Shown: piece by piece, positions 25,219 through 39,734 of the stretch | How positions within the stretch are numbered: the first letter of the stretch is position 1 | Layout of the letters: each line of letters begins with the position of its first letter | Origin: Octopus sinensis | Taxonomy: Eukaryota | Length of the DNA stretch: 64,000 bases | Assembly: GCF_006345805.1 (NCBI RefSeq) | Contig: NC_043012.1 | Span: 49,910,001 to 49,974,000 of the forward strand | Reading direction: 5' to 3' | The notes under the pieces: generated by a model | What the model was told of the DNA's origin: nothing | Databases searched by the model: none | The model's input: the letters and a program-made list of their open reading frames with translations, nothing else | Position numbers and translations under genes: made by a program

Positions 25219-28200
25219 TAGAATAGGATAGGCAGAAATTGTGCTAACATCTTATGAAACGACCGCACGTATTCTTATTACTTTGTCCAGTCTATTGTAA
25301 GCATTTGGATGTTTCCGGCTGATTGATAATTAGATAATGTCCTATCACCTGCACCCGTGAAATTTCGTTTTCAGCCTTGTTTGTCGTCACACAATGCTTC
25401 CTAAATTGATGAAACCATGATTATCGATTAAGCGCTAAAGAAAATTTTACATGATATGATATTGTTACGAACTCAGTATCCAAATAATTCAACGCTTTTA
25501 AAGTGTCTATATATTTTGATCAAGAGTTGTAAGTTTGTATTTTGCCAATTTCGAGGTAGCAAACGCTCTAATTATTTTTTTAACTTCCAATATATCATAT
25601 CATGCCAGAGTTAGAAATTTAGCAGTCACATAAATGTAATTTGACAGAAAACCTAGAAAAGAGGCTGATATGCCATGTGAGAGCTAATCCAAAATTATGT
25701 AATGAATAATACAGATTTATTTTTAATAAGTTGACACTAGGCTGAGTTTCTCTATTTGAAATATAATCCAATAAAACAGGTCGATGTAAAAAGCTAAATA
25801 AATCAACCTGTTTTACTTCAATATTGAAAGTACATGTGACACAGAAAATCTCATGGTCATGTACATAGGATGTTGCATTAATGGTGTAAAAAATAATTCA
25901 TATCATTACTTTTGTGATTTTTAAAAAATTATACGTAGCGCAAATTATGTCATTTTCAGCAAATGACTTTAGCACTGACAGTATTTTCTCTGGACGAAGG
26001 TTCAAATATAGGCAGCTCGTAACGTAGAGGTACAGCTTGTTTAGGAATAGCACGACAAAGCGCAATGTGGATATGCGCAAATAAAGGAAAGTATTTTCAT
26101 TTATTAAACTGTGTAATATTAAATCGTATAGCCTTGGAAGTATTGTGTAACTTTCTTGCGATATGTATGACTGACACACAACACACACATACCCACACAC
26201 ATGAGTACACACACATGTGCAAATTACATATAAATATATGAATATAAATATAAAGGATCTCTCTCCTTCTCATTCTCTCTTTCACTCCCTCCGTCCCTCT
26301 CTCTCTACACACACACATATATATATATATATATATGTATAGTTTAATCTTCCGTTAAGAGTAGGATCAAGAAAATAAAAAATCCATCCAGTGAGAGATA
26401 GATATCTTTAAATATCCACAGTATTTAGATGTCAGCTACTAATAGTGTAATGCCGTGGAAACCTAATAGTTTAGTAGATTTATATAACGTGGCGTGTGCT
26501 TCCAAGCAACCATTCAACGTATATAAACATGGTGGGTTTTATTTGAAAAAGAAGATGCTATTCCCCGAGAAAACACGAGAAGAGAGTTTGTACAAAAAGT
26601 GGAACAAGTAAAGAAGGTGAATAAAAACGGAAAAAGTAAGAAAAGAAAAGAAAAAAGCAAGAGTTGCGTTCCTTTTATCAAAATAATTATTAATCTAGTT
26701 AGTGTACAATTATTAAACAGCAAGGACACCAAAGTCGGTGTGCCAATCTGTTCCATCCGTTGAGTATGGTGTCTTCCAGTTCGACAGAAGAAGTGTGTCA
26801 ATTGGTTTGCACTTGTAAAAGAATCGGATCTGGTATTTGTGATGTGGTGAAACTCTCAGGCAGCAAAAGAGTGTGCGATACTTCAGCTACACATACTTGA
26901 ATTACTTTGATACAACTGTGTTTGGCGTAGATTTCTCCACGATGTTCCACTTAACTGCATGCGATGTGCAGTCGGTCTTGCGATCTAATACATGACTACC
27001 CAAATTTGTTGCTTTATTTTTATCGATATATCGTAAAGAAGACAAGTAATTTGTATAACGTCTTTTAAAATTGCCTTCACATTAACTGACATAAATTGTC
27101 TTTTCGAATACGTTATTTTGCTATTATGCTGTGACTTGGGCTTCATACACGACTGAGTTTATCGATCACGCCTGATCGAGTGAGAAAGCACTCGACAGTT
27201 ACAACTAGGAGTAAGTTTTCGGTGTGGCTTGCGAGTGAAAACGCTCTCCATATTGGGGCTGCAGCTGCATAAAATATTTATGGAGCTGCTATTAAAAATG
27301 TTCCTGTCTTTATGATTTAATGAGAAATGCTTATCGAACAATGCCAGGAATTATTTTGCTTGTGATAGTTTTAACGTCTAAAAACAAAGTAGGGTAATGC
27401 ATATTATTGTTTTGGATTTATTTTTAGGTTTCATTTTTCTAATTGAAGGCTTGTAAGATATCTTATATTTGATGACGCTGTTAGTTACATCCTTTCCGTA
27501 CCTGATACATCCATGTACAAAAATCAAGTTAACACGCTTATTAAACCATGTAAATATGAAAAGATTCGTAATTAAAGAACATTAACTACTACGAAAACTA
27601 TAATAGCAACTACAAAAAAACAAAAACGTTAAGGTTGATGATGATATCTGCTGTCACAGGAGCATCTATTGAGAAATATTAACTTACAATGTGCGCACTG
27701 GTTGTCATAGAAACAGAAAAGAGAACAAGAGACAGTGATAGGAGATGATATGGAATGTATACATATTATATATTTGAACATCTTGAAGATAAATTTAGAT
27801 ACAAAATAACCTCTAGCTATGACTTAGCCAAGGAATCTCACAGATCAAGGCCCGTCATGATCACCAAATGCACAAAACCTCACCCTAATTTAGTGGAGTA
27901 TTCGTATGTCTACAGTACATTCAATCATTGTAATCATTTTCCTCAGAAACACCTAGTCTTCGACAAATTTGCTCTGGATAATACTTCTTCTACGCCTTGC
28001 ATTTTCAAGTTACACTTGAAGTGGTACTTGAAAAAGAAAGCGAAGATAGCTTTACCAAAATTGGGGATGTTTTTCCACAATCCTTTGAGCCTCGTCCAAC
28101 CTCAAACCGCCTTGCTAATTTCACAATCCAGGAATGTATAACTCGTTGTGTGTACTTTTACCAACAATACTAGTATTTATATTTTTGTTTGAAGCGAAAC

Positions 28201-28711
28201 ATTGTGCAGTACATTTTATGCGAAATGTTACATGTATTGTTAATCCTGAAAGGTATATATATTTATATATTTCATAATTTAAATTTACACTAGTGGTTTA
28301 GAAGGATCACTGATATTATTAACAAGCTTAAACGAGATATAGTTGTACATATCATATCATTTGTGACAGAATATGAAACCATGTAGATGAAATTGCTTCT
28401 TATGGTATAATTCTGTAGCTTGTTAGTTGCAACTATTCTGCTTTTATGTATAACTGTAAAGCAGGAAAAGCCTAGGATGGAGAGAAATCTGAACAATTTA
28501 CTTATAAACTATGTGAGAAACATATGTATTTATTGAGGGTAACTCAAATTACCGAATAGAAATATTCTTTTCAAATGCAAATTATCAGTTTCTAAATCTT
28601 GCCACAGAGTATAAAATTTATTGATGAGTATTATTTCGGTGCGGGCTACCTCGTTTAATTAAGCACACTTTTTCTCACGTGTTTATCCCGCATAATTGAT
28701 TTATATATATA

Positions 28712-29134
28712 CTAGCAATATAGCCCGGTGTTGCTCGGGGTCTTTTTTTTAGCTGTGTTTAAAACGGCAGACTTTCATGACGCCTTAACAAAATTTTCAC
28801 ATAGTTTCAATCTTTTTTGAAAAGTAAAAATTTTGCATTATGTAGCTTTTTCGCTCGAAGTGAACATTTTTTCTGGTTGAAATACTCCGAAAATGGCGAC
28901 ACAGTAGTAAAAATCGTAAAAAATAGGGATTTTCATAGAAAAAAAGCACTTTTTCATGTGAATAATATTTGGTCTTAACATGGTCCGATTTGAATTTTTT
29001 CTTCTACGAAATAAAGAACAAGCTCTCTATCATACTCTCAATTTTGGTCAACTTGCGCCGTAGGGTCTCGGAGGAGATAGTGTTAGTTGAAGGCTACCAA
29101 ACCTGCCACACACTCACAACACACAACTTCAGTT

Positions 29135-29175
<41 letters not shown>

Positions 29176-29176
29176 A
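28712..29176 (-). mobile_element. Non-autonomous Helitron, related subfamily with a different interior
   Basis: The minus strand starts A|TCTTATATAT..AAAACTGAAGTTGTGTG and ends CCCCGAGCAACACCGGGCTATATTGCTAG|T. Confidence 0.85.
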
Positions 29177-29552
29177 TATGTTCCACAGACTGTGAACATA
29201 ACTGCTACACATGAGGCCCAGTTTATCAAACTGTAAGTACTTCTGCAAAAGGCATGATAAATTCGAGTTAATTCCTCTAAATTACAAAGGTTCAACTCAA
29301 CTCGAATTATTTTCTGAATGCAATCGATCATTCTAATCCTCCCTCATCGACTATCTAACTGCTGCAATATTTTCATTGTTGTGTTCTATGTGGTACCGGT
29401 AACTTACTTCTTTACCTTCTTGAACACACAGGCAAAAAATACATAGCGATAAATTATGTGCAACTGTGGTGGAGGAAGCACGGACAATAGAAAAGTATTC
29501 GTGGATTTAGAATTGGGAAGTCATCACTCCGTTACCAGACAAACAAAATCTA

Positions 29553-29954
29553 ACAGCGAACAAGGGTCAGTCGGAATTTAGAGACGGTCAGAATTTAAGC
29601 AGAGGGGGGTGGGGGAGAAGCGAGTAATTTACTTAACGAAATTCTAAGAGATGGAGCTAAGAGATGGTAAAATAAAAATATTTTACCATACGATGATCGA
29701 GACGTCAAGCTAAGAACATTTTTCTCTTCCTTCTTTCTTCTCCCTCATTTCTCCATTCCTAGTATTCTCTCGAGTTAGCTGCCTAAATGTTTTCGGTACT
29801 GACAGTTTGCTGTTGTGTTTAAATGTTTTCATCACTGACAACCTGTTAGTTTTTAGCTCCATCTCGTAGAATTTCGTTAAGTAAATTACTCGCTTCTCCC
29901 GCCTCTGCTTAAATTCTGACCGTCCCTAAATTCCGATTGACCCCTGTTTGCGGT
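29553..29954. mobile_element. MITE-like foldback with about 95-100 bp arms
   Basis: Arm 29561-29660 is the reverse complement of 29853-29946 (gtcagtcggaattta..gacggtcagaatttaagcagagg; gaagcgagtaatttacttaacgaaattcta.gagatggagctaa). No clear TSD. Confidence 0.8.
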
Positions 29955-30006
29955 CCTGGCCATTGTTATATATATGTATATATATGTATATATATATATA
30001 TATATA

Positions 30007-30205
30007 AAGTTAATCCAAACATGAAAACACAACAACGTGAGGACGTGGAACAAATATAGTATTATTGGAGGCTCAGGAAGGAAGCAAAGAAGGAGAGTTT
30101 AACGTTTCGAGCGGAGCTCTTCGTCAGAAACATTGGAAAAGGAAAGATCCAAAGAAGGGAAGACGGAGGAAATAATATCGCCAACTGCACACACGAGGTC
30201 ACATT
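30007..30205 (-). mobile_element. Short (about 200 bp) PLE-type repeat carrying an HHR, between TA tracts
   Basis: Non-microsatellite island containing the HHR at 30097-30131. Confidence 0.65.
30097..30131 (-). ncRNA. Minimal type I hammerhead ribozyme (35 nt)
   Basis: GUUU CUGACGA A GAGC-UCC-GCUC GAA ACGU (palindromic stem III) U / AAAC. Predicted cut between 30101 and 30100. Confidence 0.8.
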
Positions 30206-30317
30206 TTGAATATATATATATATTATATATATATATATTATATATATATTATATATATATATGTATGTATGTGTATATATATATATATACATATGCATAA
30301 ACATATACATATATATT

Positions 30318-30375
<58 letters not shown>

Positions 30376-31776
30376 TAAATATACACATATATCCAACAAT
30401 TTATCAAAGATACTTCACGAACGATATATATCAATATTCGGAAGATGGGGCTTTGTATCTTTCTTAGAAACGAACCCTTTCCACAGAGGAAAAATTCAAA
30501 TAATTATATGTATATATGTATACTTTTGTACACATGCATACACGCACGCACACATACACATACATATACTCGCATATATATGTATATATATAATCATTAC
30601 CCGTTTATATGTCTCGCCTTATTTGACAACACCGTGTAAATTATATTTTTGCAGGTAAGATTTGTCTCGTGTGATAACTGATTGTTAATAAAGTAGTGAA
30701 ATACGAAATTTGGAACCACAAATTTACTTCGTCTAATTTTATTGGTATATGCATTTTTAAGCCCGTAACTTATCAATTGCTATTTCAATGAATTATTTAC
30801 TTGCAAATATAGAAAAAAACTAGATTATTTTCTGATGAATTTGCCCCAATATTCTATTGTCTATTTTAAGAACATCTAGTTCGATGAAGTAAATATATTG
30901 TAAATCTACCGAGATGTTACATCTAAGCTTCCAAAGAATATTGAAATTTTCTGAATTATACGCAAAACACAAAAATTTGTGCTCAAGAGAAGATAAACGT
31001 AACATAATTTATAGTTATTTCAAAAATTAAACTGAAATTAGTGATTAAAATAGATAACGGAATTTGACATTTTACATTTCTGCAGAATCTTGTCGCATAT
31101 GTTTATCTAATTCAATGGTTTATCTTTATGGAGTTTGGTTATTGACAGTTGAACTTTTCAGTGACGACGAGATTCTTAGCTATATATTTGTTGCCCTCAT
31201 AACTATATTTGTGCTCAACAATCCCTAAAATTTTGGTATTTAATTCAAACTTATGTGAATGGTTGTTAGGATGCATATCTCGAAAGCAGAAAGGCATACG
31301 AGAAGGTTAAATGTTCAGCAAAGAAAATATATCAGTGTCTTTTAACTTCCGTATCTGTTGAAATGTCATGCATTTAATTGTGAAATGGAACTTGCTCGAA
31401 TAAGTAGAACTAAAACGGAAGCAGAACAAAGAGATACGAAACGAGGAAAACGTCACATCCAGTGGCTGTGAATGATAAACGTTAATAAGTTAAAATGTTA
31501 CTTGGCGCTTTCATAATTCACTATTGTAAAGTAAAATGTCTATATTTACGACATGCCAGTAAACTGTAAAAGGAAAATATATATCATACCTTTATCCAAT
31601 ATATTTTGAATACTTAGTCATAGTACGAAATCTAAAAACATCAAGGGAGTTAATTGAAACTGAATAGAGTAACTTATCTTTTTCCGGAAAAAGAAAATAA
31701 AAAGGAAGTATGCGACAGGGTGTCCAAGATACACGGTGAAAAGCATATATATATATGTGTGTGTGTGTGTAAATGT

Positions 31777-31824
<48 letters not shown>

Positions 31825-32155
31825 ACATGTAAATATTTATAGGGTTATATATGGAAATTGCAAAAACTGAAACTATGCAAATGATGTAGACTCGTGTATA
31901 AGCATAAATAATGCAATAACATTACAAATAATTACAATAAATCTGCCTCCGTTGTTAGGATAGAGACGACGGTTGGGCGATTTTACGGTAACGTTTATAT
32001 TCCTTCTCTAATGGTTGAATATCTTCGACTTTTTGAAACACCCCATCTGCCATTATAAGCATTAAAACTATTTCATAATTCCGATCTCCCAGAATCAACT
32101 ATCGGATGTGGAATACTATGCCATTTCCCCTAGTTTCTTGTATTTTTGTACCATA

Positions 32156-32558
32156 ATTTTTTATTGTCCACAAGGGGCTAAATATAGAGGGGACAAACAA
32201 GGACAAATGGATGAAGTTGATTACATCAAGACCCGTACATAACTGGTACTTAATTTATCGACCCAGAAAGGATGAAAGGCAAAGTCGACTTCGGCAGAAT
32301 TTGAACCCAGAACGTAACGGCAGACGAACTACCTATTTCTTTACAAGGGGCTAAAGACAGAGAGAACAAACAAGGACAGACAAAGGGATTAAGTCGATTA
32401 TATCGACCCCCGTACGTAACTGGTACTTAATTTATCGACCCCGAAAGGATGAAAGGCAAAGTCGACCTCGGCGGAATTTGAACTCAGAACGTATCGGCAG
32501 ACGAAATACGGCTAAGCATTTCGCCCGACTTGCTAACGTTTCTGCCAGCTAGCCGCCT
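32156..32558 (-). mobile_element. SINE family B tandem dimer with 15-bp TSD
   Basis: A full copy (32332-32558) followed by a 5'-truncated copy (32156-32331). tatttttgtaccata occurs at 32141-32155 and 32559-32573. Confidence 0.9.
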
Positions 32559-32782
32559 TATTTTTGTACCATATGTCAACTTGGTCTCTATGCATATACA
32601 CGCGTGTTCATTTGCTAAATATTTTGACTTTTGGTTCACTTTATAAATATTCTTATAATATATTTACATGTGTATAGGTATGTACATATCAAGGCTAAGA
32701 GTGTTATATAAATCAGCTTATCATTCACTGTCTCTCTCGTCACTTTCTAATTCTCTCTGTATATATACACATACACACATAC

Positions 32783-33110
32783 ATTGTTCCGGATTCAGTC
32801 CCGATGCGTCTCTTCTACTATGGCCTCGAGCCGTCCAAATCCTTGTGAGTGGATTTGGTAGACAGCCACTGTAAGAAGCCCGTCGTATATATATGTGTGT
32901 GTGCTTGTTTGTGTGTAGGTGCTTGTCCTCCAAACATCGCTTGACAAACGATGCTGGTGTGTTTACGTCCCCGTAGCTCAGCCGTTCGGCAAAACAGACC
33001 GATAGAATAAGTATTAGGCTTACAAAGAATAAGTCCTGGGATCGATTTGCTCGACTAAAGGCAGCTTTTTCGGCAGGGCCGCAGTCAAATGACTGAAACA
33101 TCTAAAAGAG
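32783..33110 (+). mobile_element. SINE family A (internal TA/TG microsatellite)
   Basis: ccttgtgagtggatttggtagac...gaagcccgtcgtatatat...cgcttgacaa.cgatgctggtgtgtttacgtccccgta...ccgcagtcaaatgactgaaac. Confidence 0.88.
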
Positions 33111-33133
33111 CCAAAATGTGTGTGTGTATATAT

Positions 33134-33215
<82 letters not shown>

Positions 33216-33262
33216 ATATACATACATACATATGTACGTATATATATACACTTATATATATG

Positions 33263-33308
<46 letters not shown>

Positions 33309-33415
33309 CATACATATATATGTACGTATAAACACTTATATTTATATATACATATGTGTATATATATACATATATATATATATATGTACATATATATATA
33401 TATATATATATCTAT

Positions 33416-33474
<59 letters not shown>

Positions 33475-34419
33475 ACAAAGCATGTGCAACGACAAATGAT
33501 GTAGACCTGAATATCGTTCAACATTTTCAAGTTACACCATGCGGAAACACTGGATAAATACATACCAATATTGAGAGAAATTATGATGAAGAATCTGTGT
33601 TCAGAAGATAAAAGATAAAACCGGTAATTATACGAGGCGCCTAGATACGAGAGGAGACATGTTCGATAACAAAGGCGGAATTCAATTAATTCAGAATGTG
33701 AATGCAAAACCGATCAAGGCGATAGTCTCCGATGTTACCAACATATAAATAACTGTAAGGTTTGCCTTTGTTACAAGATAGGAGCGTATTAAAGGTATAT
33801 TCGAAGTGGTTCATGATTTGCAAATAACCTACGTAATAAACAGTCAATTATTACAATTCTTTTCTAACACGAAGAACGAATGCCTTTTCTCTTTCTACGT
33901 ATTACGATATTCGGACATGATCCTGATGTGCGAGGCCTTGACGTAAGCTCTGAAAATTTATCCTAAAGTCACAAGCATAAATATAGTGTTTATTGTTCTA
34001 AAATCTATCACACAGCACCATTATTTCTAAAAACGAACTATCATTCTCTGATCACTCTATATAGCTTACGCTCTATAATCCTTTCCTCATAAGGAGATAA
34101 ATCCCTATCTGATATTTTAGCTAGAAAACTCCATTCTTCTTGTTAAACAACTTCCATCACGTTTCGATACACCCAATCTGATCGCTACACATATCATCTC
34201 CTATGCAAAAATTCACTTGCAATTAGTTAAATTCACACTTCTATCACACTGATAATTTTCTGACCATTTTTCTTTTGTACCATTAGCAGTTCCGCATATC
34301 CTATCCAAAGTAAACTGTTGATGTTAGGAACGTAGTGGTTGTAAGAAACAACGTTCAGTTGAACGCTTTCGCAAGCCTCTTCATAATATTTGGAATATAT
34401 ATATTTGTGTGTGTGAGTG

Positions 34420-34581
34420 TAGTGACTGTGTGGTAAGTAGCTTGTTTACCAACCACATGGTTCCGGGTTCAGTCCCAGTGCGTGGCACCTTGGCCGAGTG
34501 TCTTCTACTGTAGCCTCGGGCCGACCAAAGCCTTGTGAGTGGATTTGATAGATGGAAACTGAAAGAAACCGTCGTATATAC

Positions 34582-34671
<90 letters not shown>

Positions 34672-34880
34672 GTGTGTGTGTGTTGTGTGTGTGTTTGTGT
34701 GCTTGTGTTTGTCCCCTCCAACAAAGCTTGACAACCTATGGTGGTGTGTTTGCGTCCCCGTAAATTAGAGGTTCGGCAAAAGAGATCGATAGAATAAGTA
34801 CTAGGCTTACAAAGAATAAATCCTAAATGTGGTGCTCCAGTATGGGAACAGTAAAATGACTGAATCAATTAAAAGAGTAA
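34420..34880 (+). mobile_element. SINE family A, near full length
   Basis: tRNA-like head tggtaagtagcttg...ggttcagtccca, CORE-like ggcaccttggccgagtgtctt, expanded internal (TA)n(TG)n and family tail. Confidence 0.9.
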
Positions 34881-34901
34881 TACATACATACATACATATA
34901 T

Positions 34902-35038
<137 letters not shown>

Positions 35039-35667
35039 GGAGAGAAATAGTTATAGGTACATACATAAATGCATATGAGAGATTTTCGTATCCAGAAGAC
35101 CCAAAAGGATGCTAAGGCTACGTAAGTGCTACGGAAAGACCGCTGTTAAACACCCGGTACTATGATAGTGAGGAATCTTAAGCGGGTCGTGTTTGAGCAT
35201 GTATATGTTAAATGAAATAAGATGCCAAGGCCGAGGCAATGTGATATGTCAAGGACATTTATAGAGAGAAAGGTGCTCTGAGAGTTGTTTCAGGGAAATA
35301 AATGATAATGTGCAGATATCATCTTCACACTTTCCATTCGAAATAAGAACATATAAATTCCTATCAAAATTTACACACCATAGACAAGAAGCCTGTTTAT
35401 TCATTCTACAAAGCATATATCATGGATAACGGAACAACTTTATCATCCAACATGTATTTTTATTTTCATATTACCCTTTTTACGTTCCGTATCACTCGCT
35501 TTTCAGAAACATTTCTTATATAATGAACTCTACTTATTCCTTCTAGGGAAACTCTCTTAGCTCGTCTCTGATGGTGGGATATCATTCATCACCCTGAAAC
35601 TGCTGTAAGATCACCTTTTTTTTTTGTAAATGTCCTAGACATGTCATATTTCCTCCACCAATGGTTG

Positions 35668-36548
35668 TTACCTTATTATCATTATTTATGTTTGACTTTT
35701 GCTTTATATTTGTACAAGTTGGCTCCAAGTCTCACCCAGAGACCTCAAGAGACAACAGGTTGGAAGTTCATGTTGTTGTTAGTGTGCCATATATTTGGGG
35801 GGGGGGAGTTTTTGGTGTTGTACTAATGAATGTCGAAAAAAAAAATTATTTTTTAAAATTTTAAACCGATAATAATTATGTTTGTTTTAAACCTTGAGAT
35901 TACATAGAAAGTATTTTGCGTAGGATATGAGCAGTTCCCATGAGCACTATATTTTGAATTTCTGCCATTTTGGGGTTTCCTGGTATCTGAGCTAGGTAGC
36001 TATCAGCCCCTTTTGCTATCATTCCCAGAGCACCTATGACAACAGGTATTGTTTTAGTCTTCAGGTTCCACATTTTGCTGATTTCTATTTCAAGATCTTT
36101 ATATTTGCTCAGTTTTTGGTAGGTCTTGACAGATACGTTTATATTGATTGGGACAGTTATATCAATGAGGAGGCATGTTCTTTGTTTGAAGTCTTTCAAT
36201 ATGATGTCTGGCCTATTTGCATCTATCTTTCTGTCAGTTTCAATGGTGAAGTTCCAGAGGAGTGAGATGTGGTCATTTTCAAGCACTGGGGGTGGTTTGT
36301 GTTCCCACCAGTTTTTTTCATGTGGCAAATCCAGGTTTTTGCAGATTATCCAGTGAATATATTGTGCAGCTCTATCGTGTCTGTTGAGATACTCTGTAGG
36401 CGCTAGAAGACTGCACTTGGAGACCACATGGTCAATGGTTTCATTTTGTTGCTGGCATACACGACACGTTGGACTGCTTCTGATCTTTAATATGTTGGCC
36501 TGGTAGTTTCTTGTTGGTAGGCATTGATCTTGAGCTGCTATGATAAAC
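35668..36548 (-). mobile_element. 5'-truncated R4/Dong-type LINE 3' end: CCHC knuckle, RLE endonuclease and 3' UTR
   Basis: Open frame from about 36540 to 35900: AAQDQCLPTRNYQANILK..CRVCQQQNETIDHVVSKC..RHDRAAQYIHW..IETDRKIDANRPDIILKD..LIDITVP..KLSKYKDLE..GTAHILRKILSM*. TAA-type repeats at both flanks. Confidence 0.95.
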
Positions 36549-36562
36549 CCCTCTGTTTCAGA

Positions 36563-36629
<67 letters not shown>

Positions 36630-36635
36630 TGTATA

Positions 36636-36698
<63 letters not shown>

Positions 36699-37830
36699 TA
36701 TATATATATATAAATGCAAGCATGTGCCCATGTAGTCGATGATGTTCATCGTTTCGCATCCTATTCTCGGTTTCTCCATTAAGTTTCCTCTCCTACCTCT
36801 GACCTCACAAATTCTTCGTACTTTTAGATGACTAGTGTCTTACTACTACATTGTACATTTCCCATACTAAAACATTTACCAAATTAATAGCATCATTTCA
36901 TATAGCAACGGCTTCTGTTTCGATATCCACATCTTACATCTCCTCTGTACTCCTAATTTTTCTCTCTGCGAGACGTTAGTCTTTTCTTATTTATGGAAAA
37001 AAAAGCCCATCATTTTAGCTATTTGTGTCTTTGTCAGGCTGTCTATTTGTCTCCCTCTTCCTGTCACTATCTCTCTCACTATCAGTCTCTCTGCCTGTCT
37101 ATCTCTCTGTGCACATGCACAAATACATAGAGACGCTCAACCGCTGTCAATATCCACAAACAATAACCCTTTTTGAGATTAGCCTCAGCCTGCCAATCAA
37201 TGGTTCACAACTGCATTATTGGATGTAGATGTGCACTATCTCTTTTTTTTTAATTATTTGAACACTTCCTATAGAGAATTAATATATGCCTTTATATGTC
37301 AGCATGTCTTTGTGTGAGTGCATGATTCTGCGTGAGTTTTGCTGGATATCACACAAATTCCAATTTCTTTCATGCCCAGACCAATTATAAATTTTATTTA
37401 GCCGACGGAGATATATAGGAAATGTTTATTTTTTCGTAATTAAATCTGTCAGGATAAATTTTAATTTTGTCATTAAATCTAACGAAAAAAGGTCATCTTA
37501 AGAAAGGATATTTAAAATTACTAGACGTATTTCAATGGAACGTTTTAAATATACTGCTATTAATTACTCTGGGAATATCTTTCAGCGTTGATTTCCTGTC
37601 ATTAAAAAATTAAAAAAATAAAAAACGCAATTTAGAAAGAAAAGATTCAAAGTTATATACGAACAATGTGTACTTGTGTGTGCGTGTGCGAGTTTATATG
37701 TGTGTGTGTGTTTGTGTATGTGTGTGTGAATGTTTGTCTGTGTTTATGTGCGTATATATTTTAATTTATTATATATATATAAATATATGTACATATATAT
37801 ATACATATATATATATACATATATATATAT

Positions 37831-37862
<32 letters not shown>

Positions 37863-38599
37863 TTATTGTGCGTATGTATGCGCATATACAAATGTACTGT
37901 ATATGGATGCATGAATATAAAGGATGTTTTATTGAAAAGAGCATCACACACGCACAAGTATATGTGTGTGAATGTGTGAATACATTTGTGTGTGTCTGTA
38001 ATGCTTTTGCGTGTATTAGAATCAACTTTTAACTTAATGTTATTACTGTTAATGGAGATAAAACTCTTCCGAATTACTTTATATACGAAAGTTAAAACAA
38101 TATTAAGTTCTAGAAGAAAACTGAAGACAGTTAACTTAGTTTGTATGCATTTATTAAACATAGAATTCTAATTGCATATATTCTTATATTATAGTGTTTT
38201 TCTGTGCCATTACGTAAGTTTTATATATTCACAAACTTATATTTGTGTAATTTATACTAATCAGACAGGTTTAGAATTTAATAGAAATATATATAGTGCT
38301 ATTTCATATTGAGAGAGAAGTCATTGCAAATCAGAATTAAAGTGGAGCAAGTATTTTCAAACTGCATTTATTTATTTCCCAAGAAATCTGCTTTCCAACA
38401 GAGTGTTTATCTTTTTAGATTTATCCTCTTTCTGTTTCCATATTTCCTCCCAAAATTCCTATTTGTGTTTTAAAATTTTCTGGACAAATACCTGCGTTAT
38501 TCCCCGACTTTTATTATTTGTTCTTTATTTATTTCATTTACGAATAATGATAATGGTCTCGAACTACTCTTTTTGTTATGCAAATTAAAAGAACGTACC

Positions 38600-38835
38600 T
38601 ATTTCTTGACAACCCACAATGAGTTACACACACAGAGGGGACAAACAAGGATAGACAAAGGGATTAAGTCGATTACATCAATTCCAGTTCGTAACTGGTA
38701 CTTTATTTATTGACCCCGAAAGGATGAAAGGCAAAGTCGACCTCGGCGGAATTTGAATTCAGAGCGTAAAGGCAGACGAAATACGGCTACGCATTTCGCC
38801 CGGCGTGCTAACGTTTCTACCAGCTCGCCGTCTTT
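38600..38835 (-). mobile_element. SINE family B with 16-bp TSD (1 mismatch)
   Basis: Matches 32332-32558. attaaaagaacg(t/g)acc occurs at 38584-38599 and 38836-38851. Confidence 0.9.
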
Positions 38836-39734
38836 ATTAAAAGAACGGACCAATGATGAACAAAAATACATTTTATGTATTCCAATTAATTTTCAACAAC
38901 CGAAAAACTAAATCTTCCTTAGAAAATCGTTCACCCGTAAAAGAATTTTCTTCTCATTTACAATAACGACACTCATTATGAACAAATTCTTGAAATTTTA
39001 TTTTTCATCACAAATCCCTAAGCATGTAGATCAAATGAGTTCACAAAAGAAAGCGAAAATTGAAATGAAAATTTCCGAATTTTAATTACTAGACTTAAAT
39101 TGTGCTAGGTAACGCCGTTTTTAAACGCATAGAAAATCGAGATAATTCTATCTTTCAGTTATTGCACGGTTTTACAACTTTGGCATCCTCTATAAAAGAA
39201 AAATAGAGCGAAATATAAACCAAGTGATATATAATGTCACATGTGACAACTGTTCATCCATATGGATTCGATAGATGTCAGTCTGGGACCAAAAGGGCGT
39301 TGACAAGTGCAAACAGCCAGTATATAAATATATGTTCGAGTCACTGGAGTACATCAAATACAAGGACAATTGTATTCGGAATAATATAAACGAAAAAATA
39401 CAATAATATCAGATAATTGCACAAACAGCATTCAGAGAGTGCAAACTTCAACCAAGGCGACACCAACGTCCTCTCAACGTTAGGTGGAGATGAAATAAAT
39501 TCGACTGTTCACTTAAATGGGAATTCTAAAAATGAACCCGACCGCTCTAAAAAAAAAAGCAAAAAAGCAAGAAAAATAATCCGGAATCCTTGTCCGGTAC
39601 CGGATCAATCCCAAACTATAATCAGTTTGTACCAATCACAAGGCCAAACATCCGTCAAAGCTTCATCCGAATCCATCAACAGTTAAACAAACATGCAAAC
39701 CCGATTGATAAACAATACATCCACCTTCATTAAG

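Noticed and set aside
26721-27000. Cys-rich plus frame (TEEVCQLVCTCKRIGSGICDVV..RVC) like a PAN domain; minus frame (KWNIVEKS..CVAEVSH) like a PLE endonuclease tail
   Set aside because: Both readings are short, interrupted and mutually exclusive; neither is supportable without a search.
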